64,000 nucleotides of DNA from the human T2T-CHM13v2.0 reference genome, Homo sapiens. Shown one piece after another: positions 27,251-41,456 of the stretch (the first letter of the stretch is position 1; every line of letters begins with the position of its first letter). The notes under the pieces are model-generated. The model was given only the letters and a program-made list of their open reading frames with translations. It searched no databases and was not told where the DNA came from. The translations under genes were made by a program, and so were the position numbers. The stretch is taken from NCBI RefSeq assembly GCF_009914755.1, contig NC_060930.1. One strand, 5' to 3'.

Positions 27251-28979
27251 CCAAGCATATAAAATTGTATAGAAAAGAATATATCTACTTAAAGAAAAGC
27301 TGAATTTAGGGTATCAAATACAGGCTCTGTTTATCTATTTGTTGGATTTGCTTCCAGAAGTTATATAACCTAGGACTTAAAGTGCCTAAAGATAATTAAT
27401 TACTCTTGTGAACATCATCACTATTGTCTGTATTATCATTGGTACATGATTCTGTGTTACCTCTGAAAGTGTTTTTGTTTTTGTTGTTTCTTTATTGCCA
27501 TTTTTGTAAAAAGCAACAGAATGGCTTCATTCGGTGATACTGTATTGATCACTTCTGATGTGTCAGACAATGAATTGGCCATTAGGGAGCCCAAAATGAA
27601 TAAGAAACTCTCTTTGTCCTTGAACCAATCTTTATTTCAGAAAAATGAAATGTAGCACCAATAACAGCTAATCAGTAGAGATGACATATATTAGAAAATG
27701 AAATTAATATTAAAAAGTGCCCTATTCACATAAAACACATTTTACTTGGAATCTATATAGTAAAAGCCTTGGCAAACCATTCCTTCTTCATTAGATGGAG
27801 ATTATCTACAAAATAATTCATTTTGAAATCTGTTGTTATAGAAAGTTATAGGGTTATGGAAGGCAAAAGAAATGTTAATGTACAGCTTTTATGTTCGTAT
27901 TAAGCCCCTCCTAATAGAGCAGGAAATAATAACTACCTCTATTGAAACTTTATTCTGTGTCAACCTCTTGGCTTTTACTGGATTGAAACTTCTCCATCGT
28001 GACTTTATAGCTTTTGAATTTATTTTCTTCCAAACACACTGTCTCCAAGACAAGGAACCATCAGCTCCAGCATCCGAGCTTGCCACTACCCCACATTTAG
28101 GCTGGGCCTTTGCTCTTGTACCTATTTATTGTCAAACGCTAAACTGGAGAGAGTTCAGCTTCCAGCGGTCAAGATGGTTGATTAAAATATGCCAAAATTA
28201 AAGTAGCAATTAAGGCTTTACTTACTAACTACATTAGTGGGAATAAGAGGCCGGAAAGTCACTACCGACACAATATTCCATTCCCCCCTGCCCCTCTCCA
28301 CACCATGGAAACATACTGAGTTTCAGTAAAGTGCATCAACACAGACGGGGAAATCATCTCACCACAGGGGGACCTTGAACAAAGGCTCCTGTCATTTCTT
28401 GCACAGGCAGTAGGGCAGGGAGAGGAGAAAGGGGGTAGGAGTGGAAATGTACTGAGCACTGAGTTAGAGTGGAGAAGACTTCAGAGCACTCCTGCCTCTC
28501 CCACAATGAGGTCTCAGAAGAGGTAACGGAGGAAGGCGTCAAACTAGCCAAATGGAGGCATCTTGGCTAGCAACACAGATATACTTCGGAGAATGGCAGG
28601 GATGGAGAGACTAAGTACTTACTCAACTCCTTCACAGACTCTAAGGTCCTAGCTGTGTGCCCAAATGGAGTGTGGAGCTTCCCCCATGAAGCACGCCAGG
28701 ACAGGCGTTTGTAATTGCCTATGTTAAAGCCTGAAAAATCAGACATAAGACTTTAGCTTGGAGTCAGACACCTCCTGTATTTAAGAGATATACTTTGAAA
28801 TCTTCTTTTTCTTTGGGTTTATCCTGAATTTGAGATTTTAAATCTGATTTTAAACTTTCCCCATTGGATTACATTGCTTTCTTTAATTCACTATTCTTCT
28901 GCACACCCAGTAAATCATCACTCTTCCTCATGATTGTGTCTTTCAGAATTCTTCCCCATTGTGGAAAACCCCTCTCTTC

Positions 28980-30170
<1,191 letters not shown>

Positions 30171-30315
30171 GTATAATTTTTCACAAAGGAACATTAATGT
30201 TAAGATAATTATGATCATTAGAATACTAATATAATATATATCTATATCTATATAAAATGTACAAAACATTGAGATACTTTATTAACAATTTCTTTGAACA
30301 AATATATATTTCCCT

Positions 30316-30600
30316 GACTGAGCAATGTAGCTCATGCCTATTCCAGTACTTGAGAGGTCATGGCAGCGGGATTACTTGAGACCAGAATTCTAGACCAGCT
30401 AGGGCTACAAAATGAGACCTCCATCTCTAAAAAAGACAATTAAAAAAAAAATTAATGAGGGATGGTGGTGCTTGACTACAGGCAAGCTGCTTGACTACAA
30501 GCTACTCAGAAGGTTGAGGCTAGAGATCACTTGAGTCCAGGAGTCCCATGCTGTAGTGAAGTCTGCACCACTGCCCTGCAGCCTGAATGACAGAGCTTCC
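30316..30600 (+). mobile_element. AluJ, diverged, with internal TGCTTGACTACA duplication
   Basis: GATCACTTGAGTCCAGGAGT..GCTGTAGTGA J-type right arm. Confidence 0.8.
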
Positions 30601-30602
30601 AA

Positions 30603-31325
30603 ATATATACATATATACACACACACATATTTCTTTTAAAATATATATACTTCCCTCCAAACATATGTGTAAGCATGTATACATATATGCACATATGTAT
30701 ATGCTTGCATACATGTTTGCACATATGCATATGCATACATGCATGCATGTACAAATGTATATGCATGCTTACATGCACATATACATATGCACATATAAAT
30801 ATATGCACATATGCATATGCATACATGCATGCATGTACAAATGTATATGCATGCTTACATGCACATATACATATGCACATATAAATATACGCACATATGC
30901 ATATTCATGCATATATGTACATATGCAAGTGCATACATGCATATATGTATGCTTACATATGTGTGTGCATGCATGCACATATGCATATGCATACAGACAT
31001 ACATGTACATGTATATGCATGTACACATACATCCACACGTGTATGCATGCATACATATATGTATGTATGTCTACGTGTGTATGTGTATATATGTGTACTT
31101 GCATATATGCATGCATATGTGTATGTATACACATATGCATGTATGTGTATGAATACATGTATGAATGTATGTGTATGTGTGTATACATATATGTGTGTAT
31201 GTGTGTATGTCTATATGTTTATGTATGCATGTGTATATGTGTGTATGTGTGCATATGTGTATATATGTGTATGTATGTATACATATAAGTATATATATAT
31301 TCCCCCCTCCAAATATATATATATT
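30603..31325. repeat. ~720-bp mostly alternating purine-pyrimidine tract (CATA/TGCA/TGTA)
   Basis: Directly visible; contains an 86-bp tandem duplication (30718-30889). Confidence 0.97.
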
Positions 31326-31767
31326 TTGGAATTCACACCACTTCCCACCCAACAAAACATACTAGCTATATATGTAAAATATATGGATATATATATTTCT
31401 CTTTCTTTTGTAGTTAATATTGCCTTTTGTTGAAATATTCAGAAAAAATTTTTAAGTACACAGATTTGTCAGTATAAACTACTATATAAAACGTAAAATG
31501 CTTTCAACATGTTTCCTATCATCTAGAAAATTAAAATTTAAAACATATGCTTTATCCCTAAATTAAGATAATTTGCCAAGTAATTTTCAAATATATTGGA
31601 AAACCGTATGAAAAAATTAATATACTACATAAAATATTTTCAATATGCCAGATTTATTCTCCCCAGAGTAGCATTTATGAATCCAATGAAGCATGCAAAA
31701 TAATTGTACAGCTTCTCTTATAAATATAACTTACATTTTATTTCCTCACATTAAAATATAAACTACC

Positions 31768-32185
31768 AGCCAGTCGTGGTAATCCTAAAACCTTGGGTGG
31801 CCAAGATGGGTGGATCACCTGAGGTAAGGAGTTCGAGATGAGCCTGGCCAACATGATGAAACCCCATCTCTACTAAAAATACAAAAATTAGTTGGGCATG
31901 TTGGCAGGCGCATGTAGTCCCAGCTACTCGGGAGGCTGAGGCAGGAGAGTCGCTTGAACACGGGAGTCAGAAATTGCAATGAGCTGACATCGCGCCATTG
32001 AACTCCAGCCTAGGAGACAAGAGTGAGACTCCATCTTAAAAAAAAATATATATATATATAAATATATATATAAATACATATATAAATATATAAAAATATA
32101 TATAAATATACATACACACATATACACACTATAAATAGTGTATATATATATAGTGTGTGTGTGTATATATATATATATACTATTT
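31768..32185 (+). mobile_element. AluSq-like with tail converted to TA/CA/TG microsatellite (32037-32185)
   Basis: Right-arm GACAAGAGTGAGACTCC; small deletion near 5' end; TSD AAAATATAAACTA / AAAATATAACCTA. Confidence 0.88.
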
Positions 32186-33169
32186 AAAAATATAACCTAA
32201 TGGATTTTCAATATAATTTAGTTTTAAATATCAGACTTGCTATGTAACAAAGTACAATTACATGTCAGTAAATTTTTAATGGTTTTATTTAACACAGTAA
32301 TAATACAAGTTATCAACAAAGTTAAAAATTTAAACCCATGGCAGCTTTAATCAGATTGCTCTGCATCACCTGAAATTTTGCACCAACCATTTTTTCAGTA
32401 TGCAAATTTAGTGTCATGTGAAAATTTTTAGTAACACATACAGTATTTAAACTGTAATATAATTGTTCATTAAAAAAGAATTTTTTATGTAAATCACCAT
32501 TTCGACTCACTTAACCAAACTCCCACAAACACTTTAGAATATTTAGGAAAAATATTCAGAATCCGGTAAAAAAAACTAACTTTAGTTACTTCTAAATTGA
32601 AGATTAATTCTAGATGATTTAATAGTCAAACATTTTTGGTTGTTGAGAAATACACAGTATTTGAAGTATGATGAATACATAGGTTCTAGGTCAGGCTCTA
32701 ATGCTTACTAATGGTTTCAACTACGGGGATGTGCTTAACATTTGTGACAATACTCATGTGAATTAAATATATGTAGATATATATATAATATATACTGTGT
32801 GAACTTGTGTGTGTATATATATAATGTACATATATGCATGTATATAAAATATATATCTAGGTTTATGCTAATTCTTCAAATATTAGCTATATGCAGGAAA
32901 ATTCAAGTATGTGAAAATTATTATTTTTAGATAATGAGCAGATAATGATACTGTATGAAGGCAGAAAAAGTGAATAATAGACATTTTTAATGGGCAACAT
33001 TTAATTAGAGACATGGAATTAGAAAAAAAATGGATTGCTTGGAGTCCATGCCATCTCTCACCCACCAAAATATGCTAGCTAAATAAAAAGACAAATAAAT
33101 ACATAATTTTAAATTAAATCAGTGCTGCTAATAGTACACTTGCTTTTTCAGAGTTGGAGATTGACATAA

Positions 33170-33400
33170 ATTCTATTGTCAGACAGTTCTTCCAATTCTG
33201 ACTCTAATTTTGTAAATATGAGGCAATTTTTTAAACCTTTGTGTGTCTTAACATCTGTTTACACACAAAATGGAGATACAATATCATAAGGGTTTTCTTA
33301 GGAACTAAATTAGGTAATCTACAATTGTAAAGTACCTAGAAGAATGCAGGTCATAGAGTAATACCTCAGAAATGTTAGAAATGATATTATTACCATTATT
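33170..33400 (+). mobile_element. MIR
   Basis: AAAATGGAGATACAATA...TGTAAAGTACCTAGAAGAATGC..CATAGAGTAA..CTCAGAAATGTTAG. Confidence 0.55.
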
Positions 33401-36379
33401 GGTATTATAATTTCATTCTTTTCATCATTATCATCATTAATAGGTTAGTTAAATGATGAAAGCTTTTATTTATAATTCTTTAATGAGGGATGTTGCCATA
33501 TGATTTCATATCATCTCACTTTTATCCTGATGATGACTTCAATGCAAAAATTTCAACAGTATTACCATTTTATGGATGACCAACCTTAATTAAATTTAAA
33601 ATAGTTTACATGTTATTGTCTGAAGTAGCAGATAAGTAAGTGGTGGCACTTGTTTTTAAATTCTTGACTGTCTGTTTTTAATGTTCATGCTTTTTTCCTT
33701 TCACTACTCTGAGAAAAATTTTAGGAGATAAATTTTGGAAATGGGTTTTTGCATACAAGCGCATAGAGTCCAAACTAATCGGTCTTTTATTATTTAAACA
33801 ATTTAGCAGAATATATAGTATTTTATAATTTTCCATAAATAATGTATTATATATATTTAAATCATTTTATTCTAAATTATGTTTTAAAATACTTTCAATG
33901 AGTTACACTCTATCATACAATCACTTATCTTAATTTTAAGTTAGTATTAAAATTGGCTCACTATTTTAAACACAGATTTACCTGGTGTGCTTTTCCCTCC
34001 ACGGAGAATACAATTGCTGTCCTCAGCTCATTTTCCCATTTTGGTATGTTTTCCTTTGCAACTAGGTGGTATAAATGAATTATTTTACCGATATGTTTTT
34101 ATAAGTGAAGTAAGTACAGACAAAACCTCTCTGAATCATTGTCATGTCCCTGGAATAGAGTCTTTAGTGAAGTCCCAAAATGACCCAATTTTGGTGGGGG
34201 CTACAAATGCCTATGCAAAGGCACTAGAATTGTATAAAGACCAGTTGTGCTGATGGATAGCACTTTCTCTATGTCTTTGTAAATTTCTTGCAGGACTTTA
34301 GAAGAATATACTCTTGAGTTCCCTCTTTGAATGAAAATATTTTGAAGGATCAGAATAGAAACGATTTCTAAGAGAAAGGGATATGATTTAAACTTGAGAC
34401 AAAAATAGTTTAAAGTAACTTTAGGCAAACTTTCATAAAATATTCATTTAGAATATATAATTGAAATAAAAATCCCATATTTTATCAGTAATAATCACCT
34501 ATCTACAAAGGGGAAACTCCACATATTATTATTTCAACAGTAAAATTTATGGCCTATGTAATGTATTTATAGTACATATTTTTAAATAATTTTAGGTTCC
34601 TTTAAATATTCCATATTGGTGTATTAAGCTCTATACAAAGTGGGTGTGGGAAATTATTTCTCTTAACAGACCTCATTTTTTAGCCATCATTTAACCAACT
34701 TCAATATTCAGACTATGTTTTGTGGAAGTTCACTTCATTCTTTTTTCCACATTCATCAGGTCTAGACTCAACCACCAGTCCTTCCCACATAACACATTCA
34801 TGCATTTTTTATCTTATCAATGAAAATATGACAACACTATGAATGTTTTACTCATTTTTATAAGGATGGTGGTGAATGGCTCTTTTATACTAATGAATAA
34901 AATACAAAATGTAGATAAAAACATTCATTTTTACAAAGTTTTTGTAATATCTATGAATCTGTAGCAATTATTAAAGACTGTTTCAAAACTATGTTCTTAG
35001 TTGTATATATGCATATGCAAAATTGTCCATATAATTCAGATCTGAAAGCTCCATGAGAATTACATTACTATAAGAACATATTATTTGTAAGATAGGAGGT
35101 GAATACCAAGGTAGACTTTCCCTTCATCAACGGAGAGATCAGAATGGTGTAGAAACTGTCCCAAGTGCAAATTGAAATGAAAAAAAAAACAACTATATTC
35201 TTTATAAATTACAATTAGAATATTTTACTTTTGCAAATTCTACCAAAAAAAATTTACTGTATAAACACGTAACTAAGGTCTCATGCAAATTAGACTAAGG
35301 TCTCATGCAAACTTTACTAGCCTTATGGTAAATCTGCACACTTCCATAAGCTCATGTTACCTCCTGTTCGTTCATTAGCCTGAAGTTGCCGGATTATAAA
35401 TTTGAATAGAGCACTCCTAAGAAAAGGTTTACAGAGTTGAGTCACGTTATATGCTAATTTTACTTTTCCTGTCTCACGCAATTTTGCTTGCTTCTTTAGC
35501 TGCTTCAGTTAATATTTGTCTTATGTCTGTGTTTACTTAGTTTTCTACATACTTATCATTCAGTCACTTCCAACACTTCCCTTCAGTTGTATAAATTTAT
35601 CTTCAATACTTTTAAAGCATCATGTTTTTTAACAACTTTTTCGTCCTTTTAAAGTTATCTTTCCTGGAAAGATCTGATGCTATGAAATCTAAAGATCTGC
35701 TGCAGAGCTCTTATGCTGAAATTTCCTTGGCCCAAATTCTAGAATTTTCTTGTCTGTATTTCTTTTGTTCTGAGGTCCCCTGTTCACTGCATCTCCTGCT
35801 TTTGTCCTTCTTAGTTTGCTTCCTAATTTTATGTGAAGTTCTTCCTTGTGTATCTTCTTGACAAGTGGTATGTGGCAGTAAATTTCTTGAGAACTAAGCA
35901 CCAGAAAATCACTTAAATTAAACACTTAATTATTAATTTGCTGAGTATATAATTCAAGGCTGTGTGTAGATTTCTATTTTGGAATGTTTTTGTTGTTCAA
36001 ATTGTAAAGACACTGTCCCATGGCCTTTCAGCTTCCAATATTGCTGAAGAAAAGTATTGTGACTCTTGAACTTACATGTATGTAAACTTTCCCAAGGAAG
36101 AAATCAAAACAAAACAGAAACATTCTATGTCCACTTCTGGAGAAGATAACATAGGCAAGAAGTTGCAGGGTATTCTCTTCTGCAGCCATGTGTAGCTAAG
36201 ACGATGCAATGCAGAGCAAAAGAAACACCTGATGTGTGGCTATAAATTAAAATACATCCTTGAGAAATTTTAGAGCACTATATATATAAAAAAATGTTAC
36301 AAAGAACTTTGCCATAGAGGTAGAAACCAAGTTACATAAAACTTCAACAATTAGGATATTTGAAACTTTATAATAACAG

Positions 36380-37520
36380 TATTGGAGACCAAGCTATGGT
36401 CCTGGAGTACTGGGAATTAACAAGCCTTGGTACGTTCCTCAATACATCCCCCAACAAATTGATACAGACAGAATACAGGGAAATACTGGGTAAAAGAGGG
36501 AGGTTCCCCAGCAAAGTCCCCACCTTCAAGCCTCGATACTTATGGCCCTAAGTGAGAATAGGCATTCCTGTTTTTGCATACAAAAGTTGTCTTTTGGCCC
36601 GCCACACCCTCCTATCATGTAAACACCAAACCCCAGGATCTAGGAGGAGACAAGGATACAAGGAGACAAATGACAGAACAGCACAATAGGGAAAGAAAGA
36701 GGAGGAGTATCTGAACACTGAGAGGAGTTTGGCTGGGGGCAGTCAAAGAGAAGTTATGCCAAACTCCAGGGGAAGATCATCTTTCCACTCCATCCCCTTT
36801 CTAGTTCCCCATAGGTACTGCTGAGAACCACCTCCACCACTCAATAAAATGTCCACGTTCATCCTTCCTGTCCCTGTGTAACTCAAGTTTTCTGGGACAC
36901 TGGACACAGCTCAGGATACAGAAAGCCCTCTGCCCTTGTGAAAAGGCAGAGAGTTCACTAAGCTGGTTAACCTGTAAGTTATCTGTGGATGGCAAAGCTG
37001 AAAGAGTGCACTGTAACATGCCCACTTGGCTGTGAGAGTTGCAGACACCCACCCACCCCTAGATACTACCAGTTGAGGAGGTGGTCGAGAGCCCAAAGCA
37101 CTCACTCTGGCTCCTGCACCTGCTCATCTGCATGTTCCCCCTCGCATAAGGGGTTTGAGCTCCTGGTGACTGAATGGAGAGCCACATCCTCCTTGCATGT
37201 CCTACAAGGGGGGGTTCAGGGAATCTCCCATTTCAAAATTATGGAAACTAATGGAGAAATGCTTCTCACTGTTTTGTTTTGTTTTGTTTTCGAGTGAAAA
37301 ATTCTAGAAAGCATTCCATGTGTTCCTCAGAACACTGCAATGGAACTGAGCTATAGTTGTCCATATCACTGATTACATATTCTTATGTTGTCCTTCCTTT
37401 CTTACTGTTTTCAGTTTCCTTGATCCCTCCTTCTTCCTCTCAGGAATCAACACGCAAATAAACTACCTGCAATCAAACTCTTGTCTCATACTTTCCTTTC
37501 AGAAAAACAAAAAAGCAAAC
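36380..37520 (+). mobile_element. LTR16-like ERVL LTR split by MER50
   Basis: 3' end CAAATAAACTACCTGCAATCAAACTCTTGTCTCA typical of LTR16; GGAACTGAGCT..AGTTGTCCA. Confidence 0.6.
36460..37235 (+). mobile_element. MER50-like solo LTR (ERV1)
   Basis: TGATACAGACAG..CAGGGAAATACTGGGTA ... GGGAATCTCCCATTTCA; TG..CA ends; 4-bp TSD AAAT on both sides; AATAAA at 36843. Confidence 0.88.
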
Positions 37521-37777
37521 GAAAAGAAAAATAAACAAGTTAACAGAGTACATTTATTTTACTGCAGGCTACATGGGCACTTTTAGATCAAAATATCCAA
37601 ATGTATTTAATTTTGAAAAATTTTCTTGGTTTGTTTGAATAATTCCTCTATTTGGGTTTTTCTTTTGCTTAAAAACTCATTTTATTTGAAGATTGAGCCT
37701 CTGGAACATAAAGTTTATTATTATTTATCAATCTATATTATTTAATTTCAGTCTTTCCTTGTCTTCTTGTGCCCTTT

Positions 37778-39650
37778 ATTTTAAACTTTTGTTTTTTTGA
37801 GAATTGTAGGTTCACATTGCATCATAATAAATACAGAAAACCCATACTATTCACACAAAATTAACATTTTTCAAAATTATACTACAGTATCACAGCCAAG
37901 ATACTGACACTGATACAGCCACAGTATAAAATGATACAGAATATTGCCATCACCACAAGGATGCCCATATTGCCCATTTATAGCCTACACACTTCAACTT
38001 CACACCCTCCCACCTCAACTCTCATTACTCACCAGTGATTACTAATATGTTTCCCTTTTCTATAATTTTTTTATTTCAAGAATGTTACATAGACAGAATT
38101 GCACAATATGTACCTTTGATATTGACATTTTTGCTCATCATAATTACCTGGGGATTTATCCAAGTTGTTGTATATACCAATAGTTCATCCTTTTTATTGC
38201 ATTTTTTGAAGTATTGGCTTGCTTTAGTTTTTGGCTATTTGAATAAAGCAGCAAGAGACATAGGTACACACTCTTTGTTTAAAGATAAGTTTTCATACAT
38301 TTGGAATAAATGTCCAGGAGTAAAATTTCTGGGTCGTATGGTAGTTATATTTTTAGTTTTTTGTTTACTTGTTTTAATAAATGACCAAAGTGTTTCCTTA
38401 GAGGGGAATTACATTCCAAATAGCAATAGGTGAATGATCTGGTTTCCATACATTCTCACCAATATTTCACGTTATTACTATGTTTTATTTTAGCCATTCT
38501 GATAAGTGTGAAGTAATAGCTCGATGTGGTTTTAATTTGCATTTCTCTAATAGCCAGTGATGTTGAATATTTTTTCATGGATTTTTTTTTTTTTTACCAT
38601 TGGTATAGCCTCTTAATTTAAATCATTTTCTTAACATCTTTTGCTCACTTCTTAATGACTTTTTTTTTTACTTTGAGTTTTGAGGCTTCTTTGTGTATTC
38701 CAGAAACTAGCCATTTGTCAATATCATTTGTATATACAGTCTCCTAGTGAGTAGCTTGCATCTATATCTTTTTAGTAAGGTCTTTAACTGAACAACATTT
38801 TTAATTTTGCTTGATTTATCAATTTTTTAAATTTAATTTCCTTTTTATTTATTTTAATATTATTCATTTTCATTTATCACATTTTCCTTTTATTAATTGC
38901 ATTTTGTTACAATATCTGAGACATTTTTGTCTAGCCTTATATCCCTAATATTTTTTTCTATGCTATTTTTCCAAAAGTTTTATAGTTTTGCGGTTATACT
39001 TAAATCTGTATTACATGTTCAATTATTTTTGCCTTATATGATTTGAGGTTATTTCGCCTTATTAGACTTGAGGTTAATTTTTTGCATATATTCTCTCTTC
39101 AGTATTATTTATTGAGAAAGGTGTTTCTCTTCCATTGAATTGACTTTCTACCTTTGTCAAAAATTGATTGGGCATATTTATGTGGGTTTACTTCTTGGAT
39201 ATCTGTTTTATTTCATTGATCTGTATGTCTATCCCTCTAAAAATATCACACAGTCTTGATTGCTGTGGCTATATAACAACCTTAATTGCAGATAGATTAT
39301 TCTTCCAGGTTTATTCTTATTATTCCAAATTGTTTTAGTTATTCAAGTGCTTTGTCTTTCTAAGAATGTTTTAAAATACTTTTTTCTAAATCTACAAAAT
39401 ATCTTGCCAGAATTTTGATAGGAATTTAATTAAACATTTATTATCAATTTGGAAAAAAGTGACATTTTTGTTATGTTGGGTCTTCCAATCCATAATGGTA
39501 ACATACCTCCATTTATTTAGATCTTCTTTGATTACTTTCATTAATGTTGTATAGTTTTCAGCATACCAAACCTATATACATTTTGATAAATTTGCATATA
39601 TATAGCAGTTGTAAATGGTATTTTATTTTTAATTTTGTTGTCCACATATG
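37778..39650 (-). mobile_element. L1MD-like 3'UTR and ORF2 3' part
   Basis: GATACAGAATATTGCCATCACCACAAGGATG; antisense ORF2 (TTTAGCCATTCTGATAAG..GTGGTTTTAATTTGCATTTCTCTAAT; TCCATTGAATTG..CCTTTGTCAAAAAT). Confidence 0.82.
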
Positions 39651-39659
39651 CATCATCCC

Positions 39660-40039
39660 TGTCTTAAATACCATTTGGGTTGCTATAACAATACCATAAA
39701 GTGGGTAGCTTATTTACAAGAGAAAATTTTTTTCTCACAGTTCTGGAGTTAGAGAAGTCCAAGATCAGGGTACTGACAGATTTGGGGTCTGGGGAGAGCC
39801 TACTTTGCAGCTTTCAGTTTCATAGGTAGCTGTCTCCTCACTGTGTCTTAACAGAGTGGAAGAAGAGAACTGTGGTCTCTAGCTCTTTATAATTGCACTA
39901 GTCTCATTCATGAGGGCTCCACTCTCATGACCTTATCACCTCCCAAAGGCCCTACCTCCTAATCTCCTAATACCAACACACTGGGGATTCGGTTTATACA
40001 TTTAAATTTGGGAAAGGCATAAACATTCAATCCTTAGCA
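39660..40039 (-). mobile_element. MLT1A0/MSTD-like solo LTR
   Basis: TGTCTT..GTTGCTATAACA..CTCACAGTTCTGGAG..AAGTCCAAGATCA ... CATTCATGAGGGCTCCACTCTCATGACC ... ACATTCAATCCTTAGCA. Confidence 0.85.
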
Positions 40040-40500
40040 TGACACCTCATTACAATTTGGAGAGAGTGAAAGTCTAGATGCCTCACTCATCCTTTACTGA
40101 CAAGGATGGGAGAGGGACCACAAGTTTCCTGTGGTTTGTCTGGAGTAGTGCAGGCATTGTCTAAAAATTAACTCTCTCATTAAACTGCCTTTTGCCTTCT
40201 TTTGGCTAGAGATAGCAGGATTTTGTTAGAGCTTTATTTGTCTACATCCATTGGAGTATCTAGTTTTATGGCTTCTTCAGCATCCACTTTGGGATATGTG
40301 AGGCAAAAAAAGAAACACGGGGAGCTCACCACTATGTTATTTTTCAGGTCCCAGGCTCTCCAGCTTGTCTGCATTTTCTCTACCTTCAAAATATCTTTTA
40401 TGTTTTTAAATAATATTTGTAAAGCCTTAAGTTATTATTGTACTTATTGGGAAGAATGGGGAATTGTATGTCCACTTCATTTTCACAAAAGTAGAAGTTG
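40040..40500 (-). mobile_element. L1MDa-like 5' end
   Basis: TTGGCTAGAGATAGCAGG, TGGGATATGTGAGGCAAAAAAAGAAAC..GGGAGCTCACCAC match the remembered L1MDa 5'UTR in antisense. Confidence 0.65.
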
Positions 40501-41182
40501 TTTTTTCATTGGTTTATTCCACTTTGGAAGATTTCAACTTTTGTACTGAGATATGTGTGTATTTTAAAATTATGCTATCACATTTTTAATCTCCAAGAAC
40601 TCTTTTTTATTACTGTAAATATTCCAAATTTATAATATCCTGTTTCTGTTTCATAAATGTGTTATAAGTCTCTTAATATCCCAGAGAACAATTTCGTTTT
40701 AAGTTTTTGTCTTTGTGCGCTGTTTTATTTGTTTTGGACTATTTTCAATGATTATTTTTGTTTTACTCTTTAATTTAAAGGGATTTCTTGTGTATCTGCC
40801 TATTCTGTAGTTTCTCTTCATATTTAAGATCAAGACAACAGTAATCGAACTGAAGATTTTTGCTCAGAGATAAGATTAATTAACATAAAGCTCCATTTTG
40901 CTGAAGTTTGAAGACTTTTTTCACTGTACTAATCCAATTTCACAGATAAAAATGTCTTAATATTCTATTTGCAGTATACTACATTACCGTCATTTGGTAA
41001 ACCAGTAACGTGGAGACCCTCTAATCTTGGTATACATTATAAAATATGGATATCTGTGTTTATTTTTTTAAGAAATTAATCTCCTCCTTAACATCCATAT
41101 CCAGTTATACCTGGGATTCCTATAACAAGAAACTCTGATTTTCCTTCAGAGAGTAAAATTCAATTCTATTCTTTACCCTCAC

Positions 41183-41456
41183 AATTATTTATGTATAATT
41201 GACAAATAATATTGTATATATTTATTGTGTACCCCATTGTGTTTTGATATATATATTTCATTGTGAAATAATTGCCAAAATCAAATTTATATTCCTTAGT
41301 TCAAATAATTACCCCCTTTCATGTGTGTGATGAGAAAAATAATTAAGATTTACTCTCTTAACACATTTTAAGTTACAATACAGTATTATTAACTATAGGC
41401 ACCATAACATACACCAGATCTTCAGCATGTATTCATGCTGTGTAACTAAAAATTTG
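41183..41456 (-). mobile_element. L1MA8/9-like 3' end
   Basis: GTATAATTGACAAATAA..TTGTATATATTTA...TAAGATTTACTCTCTTA...TACAATACAGTATTATTAACTATAG. Confidence 0.75.

Noticed and set aside
27872-28201. 109-aa + strand ORF and overlapping 65-aa - strand ORF
   Set aside because: No recognisable protein similarity and no convincing splice-site pair; kept only as part of the non-coding candidate region
28358-28376. CTCF-like word CACCACAGGGGGACC
   Set aside because: Several mismatches at core positions of the CTCF consensus
30520-31433. Longest ORFs in the window (up to 233 aa, rich in H/M/Y/C/I)
   Set aside because: Artefacts of the alternating RY repeat, which is depleted of stop codons in all frames
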